Source: Candidatus Pacearchaeota archaeon (lineage in GTDB: Archaea; Nanobdellota; Nanobdellia; Pacearchaeales; GW2011-AR1). From it: a DNA stretch of 59,906 nt. Position 1 is the stretch's first letter; the number at the start of each line of letters is the position of its first letter. This document shows positions 1 through 8,331 of this stretch, piece after piece. A model generated the notes under the pieces. That model saw only the letters and a program-made list of their open reading frames with translations, was not told the DNA's origin and did not search any database. The stretch covers positions 1-59,906 of the forward strand of contig JAFCGC010000003.1 in NCBI GenBank assembly GCA_017608305.1. Direction: 5' to 3'. A program made the translations under genes and the position numbers.

Positions 1-101
1 ATAAAATATTTCTTTTTCACATCTTAGCAATCATAATAGCAATAATAACTCTACTAATTCAAAACTCACTATATATTCTGATAATCCATTTTATTTTATT
101 C

Positions 102-329
102 TTGTTTGTTACAGGTGTAATTTATCTTTCTTATAAACAAGCTAAAAAGAAAAACAAAAAATCCCATTTACATGGAATATATATCCTACTTTTTATATTT
201 TGGATATTTAATATCTTAGATTTATTGGTTCCAAATGTTCTTGTGGGTTTTCAATTATTAATCTATCTAATTTCAATTAGCATTTTCCTAGCAATTTTAT
301 ATAAAGTTCTTAAAAAAATAGGTCCTTAA
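102..329 (+). CDS. small membrane protein (hypothetical)
   Basis: 75-aa ORF. Hydrophobic segments flank a KKKNKK loop. No family recognised. Confidence 0.35.
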   Translation: MFVTGVIYLSYKQAKKKNKKSHLHGIYILLFIFWIFNILDLLVPNVLVGFQLLIYLISISIFLAILYKVLKKIGP

Positions 330-330
330 A

Positions 331-604
331 ATGACAAAACGAAATAAACTAGAAATAATAAAAGATATATTAAATATAATCAAAGAAAATCATAATTCAG
401 TAAAGATAACTCCTTTAATTAGAAAATCAAATCTTTCTTCTCAAAGATTTAATAAATACTATTTTGAATTAATTGAAAAAGGCCTTATTATTAAAAAAAA
501 ATGATGATAAAAAAGGAAAAACAATTTCATTAACAGAACAAGGCTTTAGATATTTAGAAAAATACCAAAATATCATAAGCTTTATTGAAGAATTTGATTT
601 GTAA
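331..604 (+). pseudogene. small archaeal winged-helix (HTH_45/PF14947-like) DNA-binding protein, frame broken in an A9 run
   Basis: ATG 331 reads MTKRNKLEIIKDILNIIKENHNSVKITPLIRKSNLSSQRFNKYYFELIEKGLIIKKK, then TGA at 502-504 after A-run 493-501. The +1 frame continues DDKKGKTISLTEQGFRYLEKYQNIISFIEEFDL to TAA 602-604. Removing one A joins them into a typical small wHTH. Both halves are under 60 aa, so they are absent from the ORF track. Confidence 0.6.
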
Positions 605-647
605 ATAACTCAATAAACTTTATAAACTAAAAAAAACATAATTTAAC

Positions 648-1676
648 ATGGAAAAAAAATCATTAGTGGGGGTGTTTTTAATATTATTCTTAGTAGGTTT
701 TGTGATTGCAGAAGATAATGAATCAGTCACTTGCGAAACAGACGATGATTGTGTTTTTGGAATCAAAATAGTGTGTTGCCCAATGCCATTTATTACTAAT
801 AAACAAACAGCAGAAGCAGATGAGAATATCCTTATTTATGATAAAACTAAAAGTTATTCTGAATACAGTGCAGAAAATTGTTCGGGAATTAATTGTTCTG
901 CCATAGCTCTTGATACAAGTAATCTAAATTGTATAAATAATGAATGTTCTAATGATCCTTTTTATTGTAATGAAGATACAGATTGCAATGAAGGATATGA
1001 ATGTGATGTTGGAATTTGTGTACTAGAAGAAGAAACAGAAGAAGATAAAGTATGCTGTAAAAAAATATATTCTAAAGGAAAACAAGAAACAAGATACAAT
1101 TTAATTGAAGAAAGTTCTTGTGTGTCTTCAAATTCATTTGAAGCTTCAATTGTTGATTATGAATTATGTGGGGAGAAAAAGCAAGCTATACAAGAAAAAA
1201 ATAGATTAAGATTTGAAGAAAGAACAGGTCAAGAATGTGCAGATGATTGTATTTGTACAGGAGTTGTTATGAAATGCCAGTTAGAAGGAGGAGGTCGTGA
1301 GATGACTGTTTATTCTAGATCAGGAAACATTATTATTCAAGTAAAAGGAGTAAACATGTCAACAAAAGTAGAATTATATCATCACAATAACAAAACATAC
1401 GGAGATTTTAATGGAGTCCAAAAAAGCATTTTAATGCCAGATCAAATCAAAGAAAAAATTCAAAACAGAATAAAACAAAAAACTTGTGAATGTGATGAAA
1501 TGGAATTAACAGAAGATGCTCTTTATAAAGTTCAAACAAAAAAGAAAGCTAGATTATTCTGGATATTTCCTGTAAGAGAAAAATCAAGAGTTGAAATTAA
1601 TGCAGAAAACGGAGAGATAATTAAGTTTAGAAATCCTTGGTGGGGATTTTTAGCTAATGATATTGAAGAAGAATAA
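648..1676 (+). CDS. secreted cysteine-rich protein (hypothetical)
   Basis: N-terminal signal-like segment LVGVFLILFLVGFVIA, about 22 Cys, acidic linker. The C-terminal NAENGEIIKF hairpin is reminiscent of PepSY (weak). Confidence 0.55.
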   Translation: MEKKSLVGVFLILFLVGFVIAEDNESVTCETDDDCVFGIKIVCCPMPFITNKQTAEADENILIYDKTKSYSEYSAENCSGINCSAIALDTSNLNCINNECSNDPFYCNEDTDCNEGYECDVGICVLEEETEEDKVCCKKIYSKGKQETRYNLIEESSCVSSNSFEASIVDYELCGEKKQAIQEKNRLRFEERTGQECADDCICTGVVMKCQLEGGGREMTVYSRSGNIIIQVKGVNMSTKVELYHHNNKTYGDFNGVQKSILMPDQIKEKIQNRIKQKTCECDEMELTEDALYKVQTKKKARLFWIFPVREKSRVEINAENGEIIKFRNPWWGFLANDIEEE

Positions 1677-1796
1677 TTTTTCTGGGTGATGATTGATTCT
1701 AGATGGGGACGTACGGAAGTTAAATAATCTATTCAACACCCAAACTGAGAGTTCTTTTTATATAACTTTTTAAAAGACAATATCTAGTTCTTAGTA

Positions 1797-2393
1797 ATGA
1801 ATAATAAAGAAAAGATAATCAAGCTATGTAAAGAAGGGTATTCTGAAGAAGATTATAAATACCATATCTTGCAAGTTGTTGAATATGCCTTGATATTGGC
1901 TAAAAAATTAAATGCAGATTTAGAAGTTGTTGAAATTTCTGCTTACTTACATGATATTGGAAGGGCTAAGAGAAGAAGGGAAGCTGAAGGAGATAGAAAA
2001 GCTTTTTTTGAAAATAATGATCACCATGTGGTGGGAGCTGAAGAAACAAAAGTGATCTTAAAAGATTTAGGATACAATGAGGAATTTATTAAAAAAGTGG
2101 AGCATTGTGTATTAACACATAGAGGTAGAAAAGGGCCTGCTCCAGAAACAAAGGAAGCTGAAATTATTGCATGTGCGGATGCAATGTCTCATTTTGATAC
2201 TTTTCTTGATTTATTTAGTTTCTTTTTAAAGACAACTAATTCTCTTGAAGAAGCGGTTGATAAGATTGAACAAAAGATAGATAGGAATTGGGATAAAAAA
2301 TTAACTCTTCCAGAAGCAAAGGAAATTGTTAAGGATAAATATGATGCAATAAAACTTATCCTATTAAGTATGAAAAAACGAATGAAGAAATAA
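1797..2393 (+). CDS. HD-domain metal-dependent phosphohydrolase
   Basis: HD motif in AYLHDIGR, with downstream His/Asp (VLTHRG, CADAMSH) typical of the HD/HDIG superfamily. Confidence 0.8.
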   Translation: MNNKEKIIKLCKEGYSEEDYKYHILQVVEYALILAKKLNADLEVVEISAYLHDIGRAKRRREAEGDRKAFFENNDHHVVGAEETKVILKDLGYNEEFIKKVEHCVLTHRGRKGPAPETKEAEIIACADAMSHFDTFLDLFSFFLKTTNSLEEAVDKIEQKIDRNWDKKLTLPEAKEIVKDKYDAIKLILLSMKKRMKK

Positions 2394-2412
2394 TTAAACT
2401 CCCGCCAGTGTT

Positions 2413-2425
2413 TCGGCGTGGGCGT
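2413..2425 (+). repeat. GC-rich intergenic 13-mer TCGGCGTGGGCGT, copy A
   Basis: Exact copy 20 nt after the HD gene stop. It lies in the imperfect hairpin 2394-2431 (TTAAAC TCCCGCC ... GGCGTGGGC GTTTAA). Confidence 0.8.
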
Positions 2426-2464
2426 TTAACCTAAATCTTTAAATGACATTTTCTTTTTTGGAAT

Positions 2465-2710
2465 ATGGTAAAAGAGTGGTATGTTTATATTCTTGAATGT
2501 CAAGATGGTTCATTTTATACTGGTGTGACAAATGATATTGATTCTCGGATGAATGCACATGCAAATGGAACTGGAAGTAAATATGTTTGTAAAAAAGGTT
2601 TTAAAGAATTACTTCGAGTTAAGAAATGTAAAGATAAATCTGATGCGTGTAAATGTGAATATGCAATAAAACAAATGCCTAGAAAAGATAAATTAGGTTG
2701 GTTTGATTAA
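2465..2710 (+). CDS. GIY-YIG nuclease-domain protein (stand-alone, UPF0213-like)
   Basis: WYVYILECQDGSFYTGVTNDIDSRMNAH matches the GIY-(x)-YIG core. 81 aa. Confidence 0.8.
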   Translation: MVKEWYVYILECQDGSFYTGVTNDIDSRMNAHANGTGSKYVCKKGFKELLRVKKCKDKSDACKCEYAIKQMPRKDKLGWFD

Positions 2711-2714
2711 TATC

Positions 2715-2727
2715 TCGGCGTGGGCAT
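2715..2727 (+). repeat. GC-rich intergenic 13-mer, copy B (TCGGCGTGGGCAT)
   Basis: One mismatch. Lies 5 nt after the GIY-YIG stop. Confidence 0.75.
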
Positions 2728-2804
2728 CTAACTTTTTGTTAAAATTGTGGGCTTTCAAACTTTCTCTATAACCTTCAAACAGGGAGTTGTTACCTTAAAA
2801 ATAA

Positions 2805-3623
2805 TTAGTTGGGACCAATGCTTCTAAAAAAATCAACTTGGGTATTATCAGCATCCATTGGGCAATTACTGCATAAGGGGTAAAGTTTTTTGCCACCTTT
2901 TTTTTGTAAATCTTTTACCATCTTCATATGTTTTTTTGAGAACCAAATATCCTTAATAGATTTATTAGAAATATTTCCTAAATTAAATTCATTTTTCATA
3001 TCTTCACAGCAAAAAGCAACGTTTCCATCATAATGGATAATAAGACGTTTAATAGGTTCTCCACATACTTTTTTAGATATAGCCTCCATTTTCTTTTTTG
3101 GATACAACAATAACTTGGTTATGCCATGTCTTGGAAATCTTTTTTCAATACAACTAAAACCTACTTTTGCTCCCTTAAGTTCTTTTCTCCAAAATTTAAT
3201 TTCTTTATCTCTTTCTCTTGTTGTTTTATAATCATACAATCCAATTAAGATACTATCAAAATATTTTACTGCCTGTTTTCTAAGGGTTTTATTTTTCTTT
3301 AAAATATCTCCGTTAGTATTGATATAAGGAACCATTCCTCTTTTTCTTGCTTCTTTTGCAAATTTAATTAATCTTTTATCTAAAAAAGCTTCACTTAGAT
3401 GATGAAAAGTAATTCTTCCCTTAAAGCCTAATTTTTCTAATTGATTAAAAATATCTATTACCTTGCTTGTGGGTAATTTTTTTATGATCGGCTTACCATT
3501 TTTATCCTTTCTGTTTCCAGACCTATCTCTTTTTCTTGGACAAAAATCACAATCACGATTGCAATTGGAATTTAACTCCAACATCACTCTTTGGAATAAT
3601 GGAAACTCTTTTTTTAAACTCAT
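2805..3623 (-). CDS. radical SAM protein with C-terminal Cys cluster (SPASM/twitch-like)
   Basis: CNRDCDFCP is CX3CX2C near the N-terminus. C-terminal cysteines: FCCEDM ... CSNCP. Confidence 0.75.
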   Translation of the reverse strand: MSLKKEFPLFQRVMLELNSNCNRDCDFCPRKRDRSGNRKDKNGKPIIKKLPTSKVIDIFNQLEKLGFKGRITFHHLSEAFLDKRLIKFAKEARKRGMVPYINTNGDILKKNKTLRKQAVKYFDSILIGLYDYKTTRERDKEIKFWRKELKGAKVGFSCIEKRFPRHGITKLLLYPKKKMEAISKKVCGEPIKRLIIHYDGNVAFCCEDMKNEFNLGNISNKSIKDIWFSKKHMKMVKDLQKKGGKKLYPLCSNCPMDADNTQVDFFRSIGPN

Positions 3624-3786
3624 TTTATATTTATTTTAATAATTTAATATCTTTAAATCTTCCTGATCCATACACCCCCATCTCGACAAATTTTATAAAT
3701 CAAAGCCACCACACACAATAATATCGGATTATAATCATCCGTTGAGGAAGAGGTGATCCATTGAATCAACCAAAATGGTAGAGCTT

Positions 3787-3799
3787 TCGGCGTGGGCGT
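3787..3799 (+). repeat. GC-rich intergenic 13-mer, copy C
   Basis: Exact copy in the spacer between the radical SAM start and the toxin gene end. Confidence 0.8.
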
Positions 3800-3843
3800 T
3801 CGTATATCTTAGCACAATCGAGGGATGTATTTCTAGTGAAGAA

Positions 3844-4092
3844 TTATTGTTTCTTTTTATGATATAAATCCATTACATAGATTTTATTTTCATTTTTATT
3901 ATAAACATAAGATAGTCTAAATGGTTTAAGATATAATTCTCTTGTTCCCCTTCTATTGTGCATCATAGGTTTACCTGCTTCAGAATTGCTTTCTATTTTT
4001 TTAAGTTGGTTAATAATTCTTTTTTTAATAATGTCTTCTTTTAGTTTTGAAAAAGTATTTTGAAATTTTTTTCCAAATATGAATTCTACCAT
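3844..4092 (-). CDS. RelE/ParE-family toxin
   Basis: 82 aa. C-terminal ...GTRELYLKPFRLSYVY..NKIYVMDLYHKK is typical of RelE/ParE. It overlaps the upstream antitoxin gene by 7 nt. Confidence 0.7.
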   Translation of the reverse strand: MVEFIFGKKFQNTFSKLKEDIIKKRIINQLKKIESNSEAGKPMMHNRRGTRELYLKPFRLSYVYNKNENKIYVMDLYHKKKQ

Positions 4093-4355
4093 TTCATCAT
4101 TTCTTCTTCAAGGTTTTCAGAATTAACTTTAATAAATTCTCCAGCTTCAATTCTTTTGTATGCTTCTTCAGTTCTTTTAGCAAATTCTAAATCTTCTTCA
4201 ATATTTTTACTAAAATCTTCCATTTTCTTTAAGATAATTTGTCCTCCATTCTTGAAAACAACTAACTTATCTCCTTCTTGTAAATGTTTTCTCATTTCTT
4301 GAGGAATTACAACCTGTCCCTTTGAACTTATCTTAGTTATGCTTATGTCCTCCAT
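4086..4355 (-). CDS. AbrB/SpoVT/MazE-type antitoxin
   Basis: ITKISSKGQVVIPQEMRKHLQEGDKLVV matches the SpoVT-AbrB swapped-hairpin motif. Paired with the RelE-like ORF. Confidence 0.75.
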   Translation of the reverse strand: MEDISITKISSKGQVVIPQEMRKHLQEGDKLVVFKNGGQIILKKMEDFSKNIEEDLEFAKRTEEAYKRIEAGEFIKVNSENLEEEMMKW

Positions 4356-4551
4356 GGTAAGAACAGTCTTACCTTATTTATAAATGTTTTGGACAAGAAA
4401 AGTAGTTGATAGTAAAGGAATAGTGATTCTTAGATTTAGTCAAGATAGTATGTTAATTCAAGCAGGTGTATCTCTCTTTATCCAGGCGTTACACTATTTT
4501 TATGTAGTACATAACCATAACCTTTAAATAAGAGTAGTACATAACTTATTT

Positions 4552-5457
4552 ATGGTTACTGAAAAACAAATTAAAGTTAAAGGGAAAGAATATTGGATAT
4601 TGATTCATTCAGTTAGAAAAGGTAAGAAAGTTATGCAAAAGAAAAAATATATTGGTAAATCTCTTCCACCTAAAACGAGATTAGACCAGTTGAAAAAAGA
4701 ATTCTTAAAAGAATTATCTGGAAATAAATACAAATATCTTTCTAAAGAAGATTTAGAAAAAATAGAAGATAAAAAAACAAAATATAAACAAGAATTAAGA
4801 AAACTAAGTAAGATAGAGAAAGAAAAGAAGCTAAATGAATTTATGATAAGATATACTTATGATAGTAGCAAACTTTCTGGGATCAATGTTACATTAAGAC
4901 AAACTTTTTTAATTTTAAAAGAAGGAATAATTCCCCAAGGGTTTAAGAATCTAAGAATAGCTAAAGAACTAGAAAATCATGAAAAAGGTTTTATTGCCAT
5001 TACAAAGTATAAAGGAAAATTTGATATAGCTTTTATTAAAAAATTGCATACAATTCTTTTTTTTGGAATTGATGATAGTATTGCTGGAAAATTAAGAAGC
5101 GATCTAAAAAGAGATGTAAATATTGCTGGAACCACATATGTTCCTCCAAAATGGCAAGAAATTAATAAGGAATTAGATAACTTCTTTAAGTGGTATAAAG
5201 CAAATAACAGAAAATTACACCCCTTGGAATTAACTTCATTAATACATTTGAAATTGATTTCAATACAACCTTTTGTTGATGGAAATAGTAGATTATCTAG
5301 ATTATTAATGAATTGGATTTTATGGAAGAAATCATATCCTTTAATTGATATTCCTATAGAAGATTTAGAAAATTATTATGATGTTCTAGACAAGTATCAA
5401 ATTGAAAAGGATGGAATTCCTTTTGTAAATTACATTAAGAAAAAGTATTTGGGTTAA
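4552..5457 (+). CDS. Fic/DOC-family protein with a non-canonical active-site motif
   Basis: The Fic core region reads QPFVDGNSRLSR where the family motif is HxFx(D/E)GNGRxxR. The surrounding helices look typical. Confidence 0.75.
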   Translation: MVTEKQIKVKGKEYWILIHSVRKGKKVMQKKKYIGKSLPPKTRLDQLKKEFLKELSGNKYKYLSKEDLEKIEDKKTKYKQELRKLSKIEKEKKLNEFMIRYTYDSSKLSGINVTLRQTFLILKEGIIPQGFKNLRIAKELENHEKGFIAITKYKGKFDIAFIKKLHTILFFGIDDSIAGKLRSDLKRDVNIAGTTYVPPKWQEINKELDNFFKWYKANNRKLHPLELTSLIHLKLISIQPFVDGNSRLSRLLMNWILWKKSYPLIDIPIEDLENYYDVLDKYQIEKDGIPFVNYIKKKYLG

Positions 5458-5470
5458 TTGGTGTGGGCGT
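5458..5470 (+). repeat. GC-rich intergenic 13-mer, copy D (TTGGTGTGGGCGT)
   Basis: Two mismatches. Starts directly after the Fic stop codon. Confidence 0.6.
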
Positions 5471-5529
5471 CTGTTGTTAGAAAGTTCAATATAGAAATAC
5501 TTAAATATTGTTAAAATATATCTTTTTCT

Positions 5530-5724
5530 ATGGTGAAAACAATAGATAGAGAATTAGGAAAAACAACAATAGATAAAGTCCGAAAGGAATTAAGTCCTGT
5601 GTCTTTTGCTGAACAATATCTAGAAGAGCCAGTTTATGTGGGTGCTGATGGAGTTAACTATTCGGCAGGACCAACTGTAACAGTGTGTACTTGGAGAGGA
5701 ATTCCAACTATTGATGATTTCTAA
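5530..5724 (+). CDS. candidate graspetide (omega-ester RiPP) precursor peptide
   Basis: 64-aa ORF ending 14 nt before the ATP-grasp gene. Leader segment SPVSFAEQYLEE resembles the PFFARFL-type leader motif. The C-terminal GPTVTVCTWRGIPTIDDF is rich in Thr and Asp. Confidence 0.5.
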   Translation: MVKTIDRELGKTTIDKVRKELSPVSFAEQYLEEPVYVGADGVNYSAGPTVTVCTWRGIPTIDDF

Positions 5725-5738
5725 GTTATAAATCTCAA

Positions 5739-6698
5739 ATGAAAAATATATTGATTTTAACACATAGCGAAGACCCTCATGCAGATTCGGTTTGTAAATA
5801 CTTGTCTGAAAGGGGAATAAATACTTTTAGAGTTGAAACTGAAAGATTATCTGAGAATTATAAATTAACTTTTAACTCAAATTCTCTTACATATTCCATT
5901 AGTAATGGTGGTGAAGAAATACAAATAGATGATTCTTGGAATATTTGGAATAGAAGGGTTATGAATCCAGATGTTAGAAAGGGTTTGCCAAGAAATATAA
6001 CTGATATTATTTTTGACGAATCAGAAAAAGCTTGGGATGGTTTGCTTATGTCACATAAAGGAAAAGTTGTGAATAGACCCCAAAACCATTTATATGCTAA
6101 TAATAAAATAGATCAAATGAAGTTTGTTTCAAGGTTTGACAGTTCTGTTTTAATTCCAGATACTTTGGTTACAAATGATCCTAAGAAAGTTAGAGAATTT
6201 TATGATAAACACAAAGGGAATATTTGTTTTAAACTTCATAAAGGAGCTGTTGTTGAATCTTCTGAAGGACGTAAGACAGTATATACTAACAAAGTAACAA
6301 GAGAACAAATGGCAAATGCAAATCTCATATCTTCTCATCCTTGTTTTTTCCAAGAGTATGTAGAAAAAGATTTTGAAGTGAGGGTGGTTGTAACAGATAG
6401 TGGCCATGAGGCCATAGCAATACATTCACAAAACTCAGAAATTTCAAAAATTGATTACCGAAAATATGATTTTGAAAATGTTCCTTATGAACCTATTGAA
6501 TCTTCTTTAGATGTAAAAAATGTTTGCTCTGAAATGTTAAAATATTATGGGTTGCATTTTGGTGTTTTTGATTTTATTAAATCAAAAGAGGGGAAAGACA
6601 TATTTTTAGAGTTAAATCCAAATGGACAGTGGCTTTGGTTAGAGGAGCAATCAGGGCATGATTTAACTAGTATTGTTGCTAATAATTTATTAGATTAA
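5739..6698 (+). CDS. ATP-grasp peptide macrocyclase (MvdC/MvdD, graspetide-type)
   Basis: N-terminus ILILTHSEDPHADSV, DYRKYD, and C-terminal IFLELNPNGQWLWLEE closely follow my recollection of microviridin-type ATP-grasp ligases (IFLEINPVGEFFWLE). Confidence 0.75.
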   Translation: MKNILILTHSEDPHADSVCKYLSERGINTFRVETERLSENYKLTFNSNSLTYSISNGGEEIQIDDSWNIWNRRVMNPDVRKGLPRNITDIIFDESEKAWDGLLMSHKGKVVNRPQNHLYANNKIDQMKFVSRFDSSVLIPDTLVTNDPKKVREFYDKHKGNICFKLHKGAVVESSEGRKTVYTNKVTREQMANANLISSHPCFFQEYVEKDFEVRVVVTDSGHEAIAIHSQNSEISKIDYRKYDFENVPYEPIESSLDVKNVCSEMLKYYGLHFGVFDFIKSKEGKDIFLELNPNGQWLWLEEQSGHDLTSIVANNLLD

Positions 6699-6699
6699 A

Positions 6700-7329
6700 A
6701 TGTTTAAACAAATAAAAGAGAAAATAAGAGGAAAATCCTTAATTTTATTTGGGGAATTACATGGTACTAAAGAAATTCCCAAATTCATAGAGAAATTTTT
6801 CTCCGAGTTAGCAAAGGAAGAGGAATTTAATATTTGCTTTGAAATTCCAAGAGAATTTCAAGAGAATATAGAAGAATTTTTTAAGATTAGTAAGAAAGAA
6901 GAGAGTGATGGAAGGAATTCCTTAGAATATCTAAATTTAATAAAAAAACTAAATAGTTTAGATAGAAATATTGATATATTTTGTATAGACCCCGAAGGGG
7001 AAACTCAAATAGAAAGAGAAGAAGGTCTAGCAAAAAATATTTTAAAACATGTTAATGAAAAGAAAACCTTTGTAATTCTCGGTGATGTTCATGCATCAAA
7101 AAATAAATTATCTATTGGGGGAACAAAAATAAATCCTATGGGGGCAATATTATCTGAAAAATTAAAAGAAAAAATGTTTAGCATAAGAATTGTTCCTTCA
7201 AGAGGAAAATTCTTTAATTTTGGAGTTAAAGAAATCAAAGAAGGAAGTGAAAAAGATGTTTTTAATGATAATTTTGATTATATTTATAATGTGGGGAAAG
7301 TGAGTGAATGTTCCTTTTTAAACAAATAA
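6700..7329 (+). CDS. ChaN/Tiki/erythromycin-esterase-superfamily-like protein
   Basis: LILFGELHGTKE (GExH), CFEIP (Glu) and FVILGDVHA (His) have the spacing seen in that superfamily. Starts 2 nt after the ATP-grasp stop. Confidence 0.4.
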   Translation: MFKQIKEKIRGKSLILFGELHGTKEIPKFIEKFFSELAKEEEFNICFEIPREFQENIEEFFKISKKEESDGRNSLEYLNLIKKLNSLDRNIDIFCIDPEGETQIEREEGLAKNILKHVNEKKTFVILGDVHASKNKLSIGGTKINPMGAILSEKLKEKMFSIRIVPSRGKFFNFGVKEIKEGSEKDVFNDNFDYIYNVGKVSECSFLNK

Positions 7330-7359
7330 CCATGGGCTCGTATCACTTCTGATACCCCC

Positions 7360-7372
7360 TCGGCGTGGGCGT
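7360..7372 (+). repeat. GC-rich intergenic 13-mer, copy E
   Basis: Exact copy 31 nt after the 6700..7329 stop. Preceded by hairpin GTATCA-CTTC-TGATAC (7341-7356). Confidence 0.8.
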
Positions 7373-7445
7373 AGACAACATATCCAAATTCGATCCAAGA
7401 TTTATCTCAATAAACTTTATAACTAGAAGTTATTTTTAATATTTC

Positions 7446-8228
7446 ATGGTGATGTATTCACACTCAAAATTATCTACTTTTGAACAATGCAGTCTTAAAT
7501 ACAAATACAAGTATGTAGACAAAATCAAAGTTCTTGGAAAATCTGTTGAAGCTTTATTGGGTTTTGCTGTTCATGATGTCTTAGAATATTTATACACACA
7601 AGTAAAAAACAACAAAATTCCTGAGTTAGACGAGATAATCATGATTTATTCAAATACTTGGAAAGATAACTATAATGAAAATATAGTAATAGTAAAAGAT
7701 GACTTAACAGAAAAAGATTATTTTAACAAAGGGGTTCAATTTTTAATTGACTACTACATGAAACACAAACCTTTTACTGACAATACTCTTGAAACAGAAA
7801 AAAGAATCAATATTGTTCTTGATAAACTAAACAACATTAACTTAATAGGCTATATAGATCGATTAGTCCACAATAAAGAAAAAGATGAATATGAAATTCA
7901 TGATTATAAAACAAGTAATTCTATGCCATCTCAACAAGAATTAGATCAAGACAGACAATTAGCTCTTTACTCAATTGCGATAAAAGAAGCTTTTGGTCAT
8001 GACAAACCTGTTATTCTTGTGTGGCATTATTTAGCTCACGGAATAAAAGTCACATCTAGCAGAACAAATTCCCAACTCCTAGATTTAAAAAACCAAACTA
8101 TAGAGCTAATAAAAAAAATAGAATCAACAACAATTTTTCCTCATAATAAATCTATTTTATGTAATTGGTGTGAATATAAAACAATGTGTTCTGCTTGGAA
8201 CACAGAATATAAATACAAAAACCATTAA
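7446..8228 (+). CDS. PD-(D/E)XK nuclease, Cas4/RecB-like with Fe-S cysteines
   Basis: N-terminal Cys (EQCSLKYKY), IGYIDRL...HDYKT (D..D/E-x-K core) and C-terminal CNWCEYKTMC (CX2CX5C), as in Cas4/AddB nuclease domains. Confidence 0.75.
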   Translation: MVMYSHSKLSTFEQCSLKYKYKYVDKIKVLGKSVEALLGFAVHDVLEYLYTQVKNNKIPELDEIIMIYSNTWKDNYNENIVIVKDDLTEKDYFNKGVQFLIDYYMKHKPFTDNTLETEKRINIVLDKLNNINLIGYIDRLVHNKEKDEYEIHDYKTSNSMPSQQELDQDRQLALYSIAIKEAFGHDKPVILVWHYLAHGIKVTSSRTNSQLLDLKNQTIELIKKIESTTIFPHNKSILCNWCEYKTMCSAWNTEYKYKNH

Positions 8229-8331
8229 ATATTTGAAAAATAAGGTGGAAGGAAAAAACCGAAGTTAAATCCTCCCGGTATCTGACCGAAGTCAGATGAA
8301 AAATATAAGTATTAAGGGTTTATAAGCTTTT

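Noticed and set aside
1716-1725. GAAGTTAAAT occurs at 1716-1725 and again at 8261-8270, flanking the accessory island like direct att repeats.
   Set aside because: This is an AT-rich 10-mer in an AT-rich 60-kb window. My rough estimate gives a chance occurrence of order 0.1-0.3, so it is not evidence on its own.
2394-2431. Hairpin around 13-mer copy A that looks like a miniature integron attC (TTAAAC/GTTTAA outer stem, CCCGCC/GGCGTGGG inner stem with bulged bases).
   Set aside because: Not called a canonical attC. It is much shorter than known attCs. The other four 13-mer copies have no complementary arm nearby. The R-box consensus is only approximate, and no IntI-like gene is in the window. 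It is kept only as part of the cassette-boundary hypothesis.
3536-3721. 61-aa plus-strand ORF overlapping the radical SAM gene start.
   Set aside because: It overlaps the CX3CX2C-encoding region of a well-supported gene and has no features of its own.
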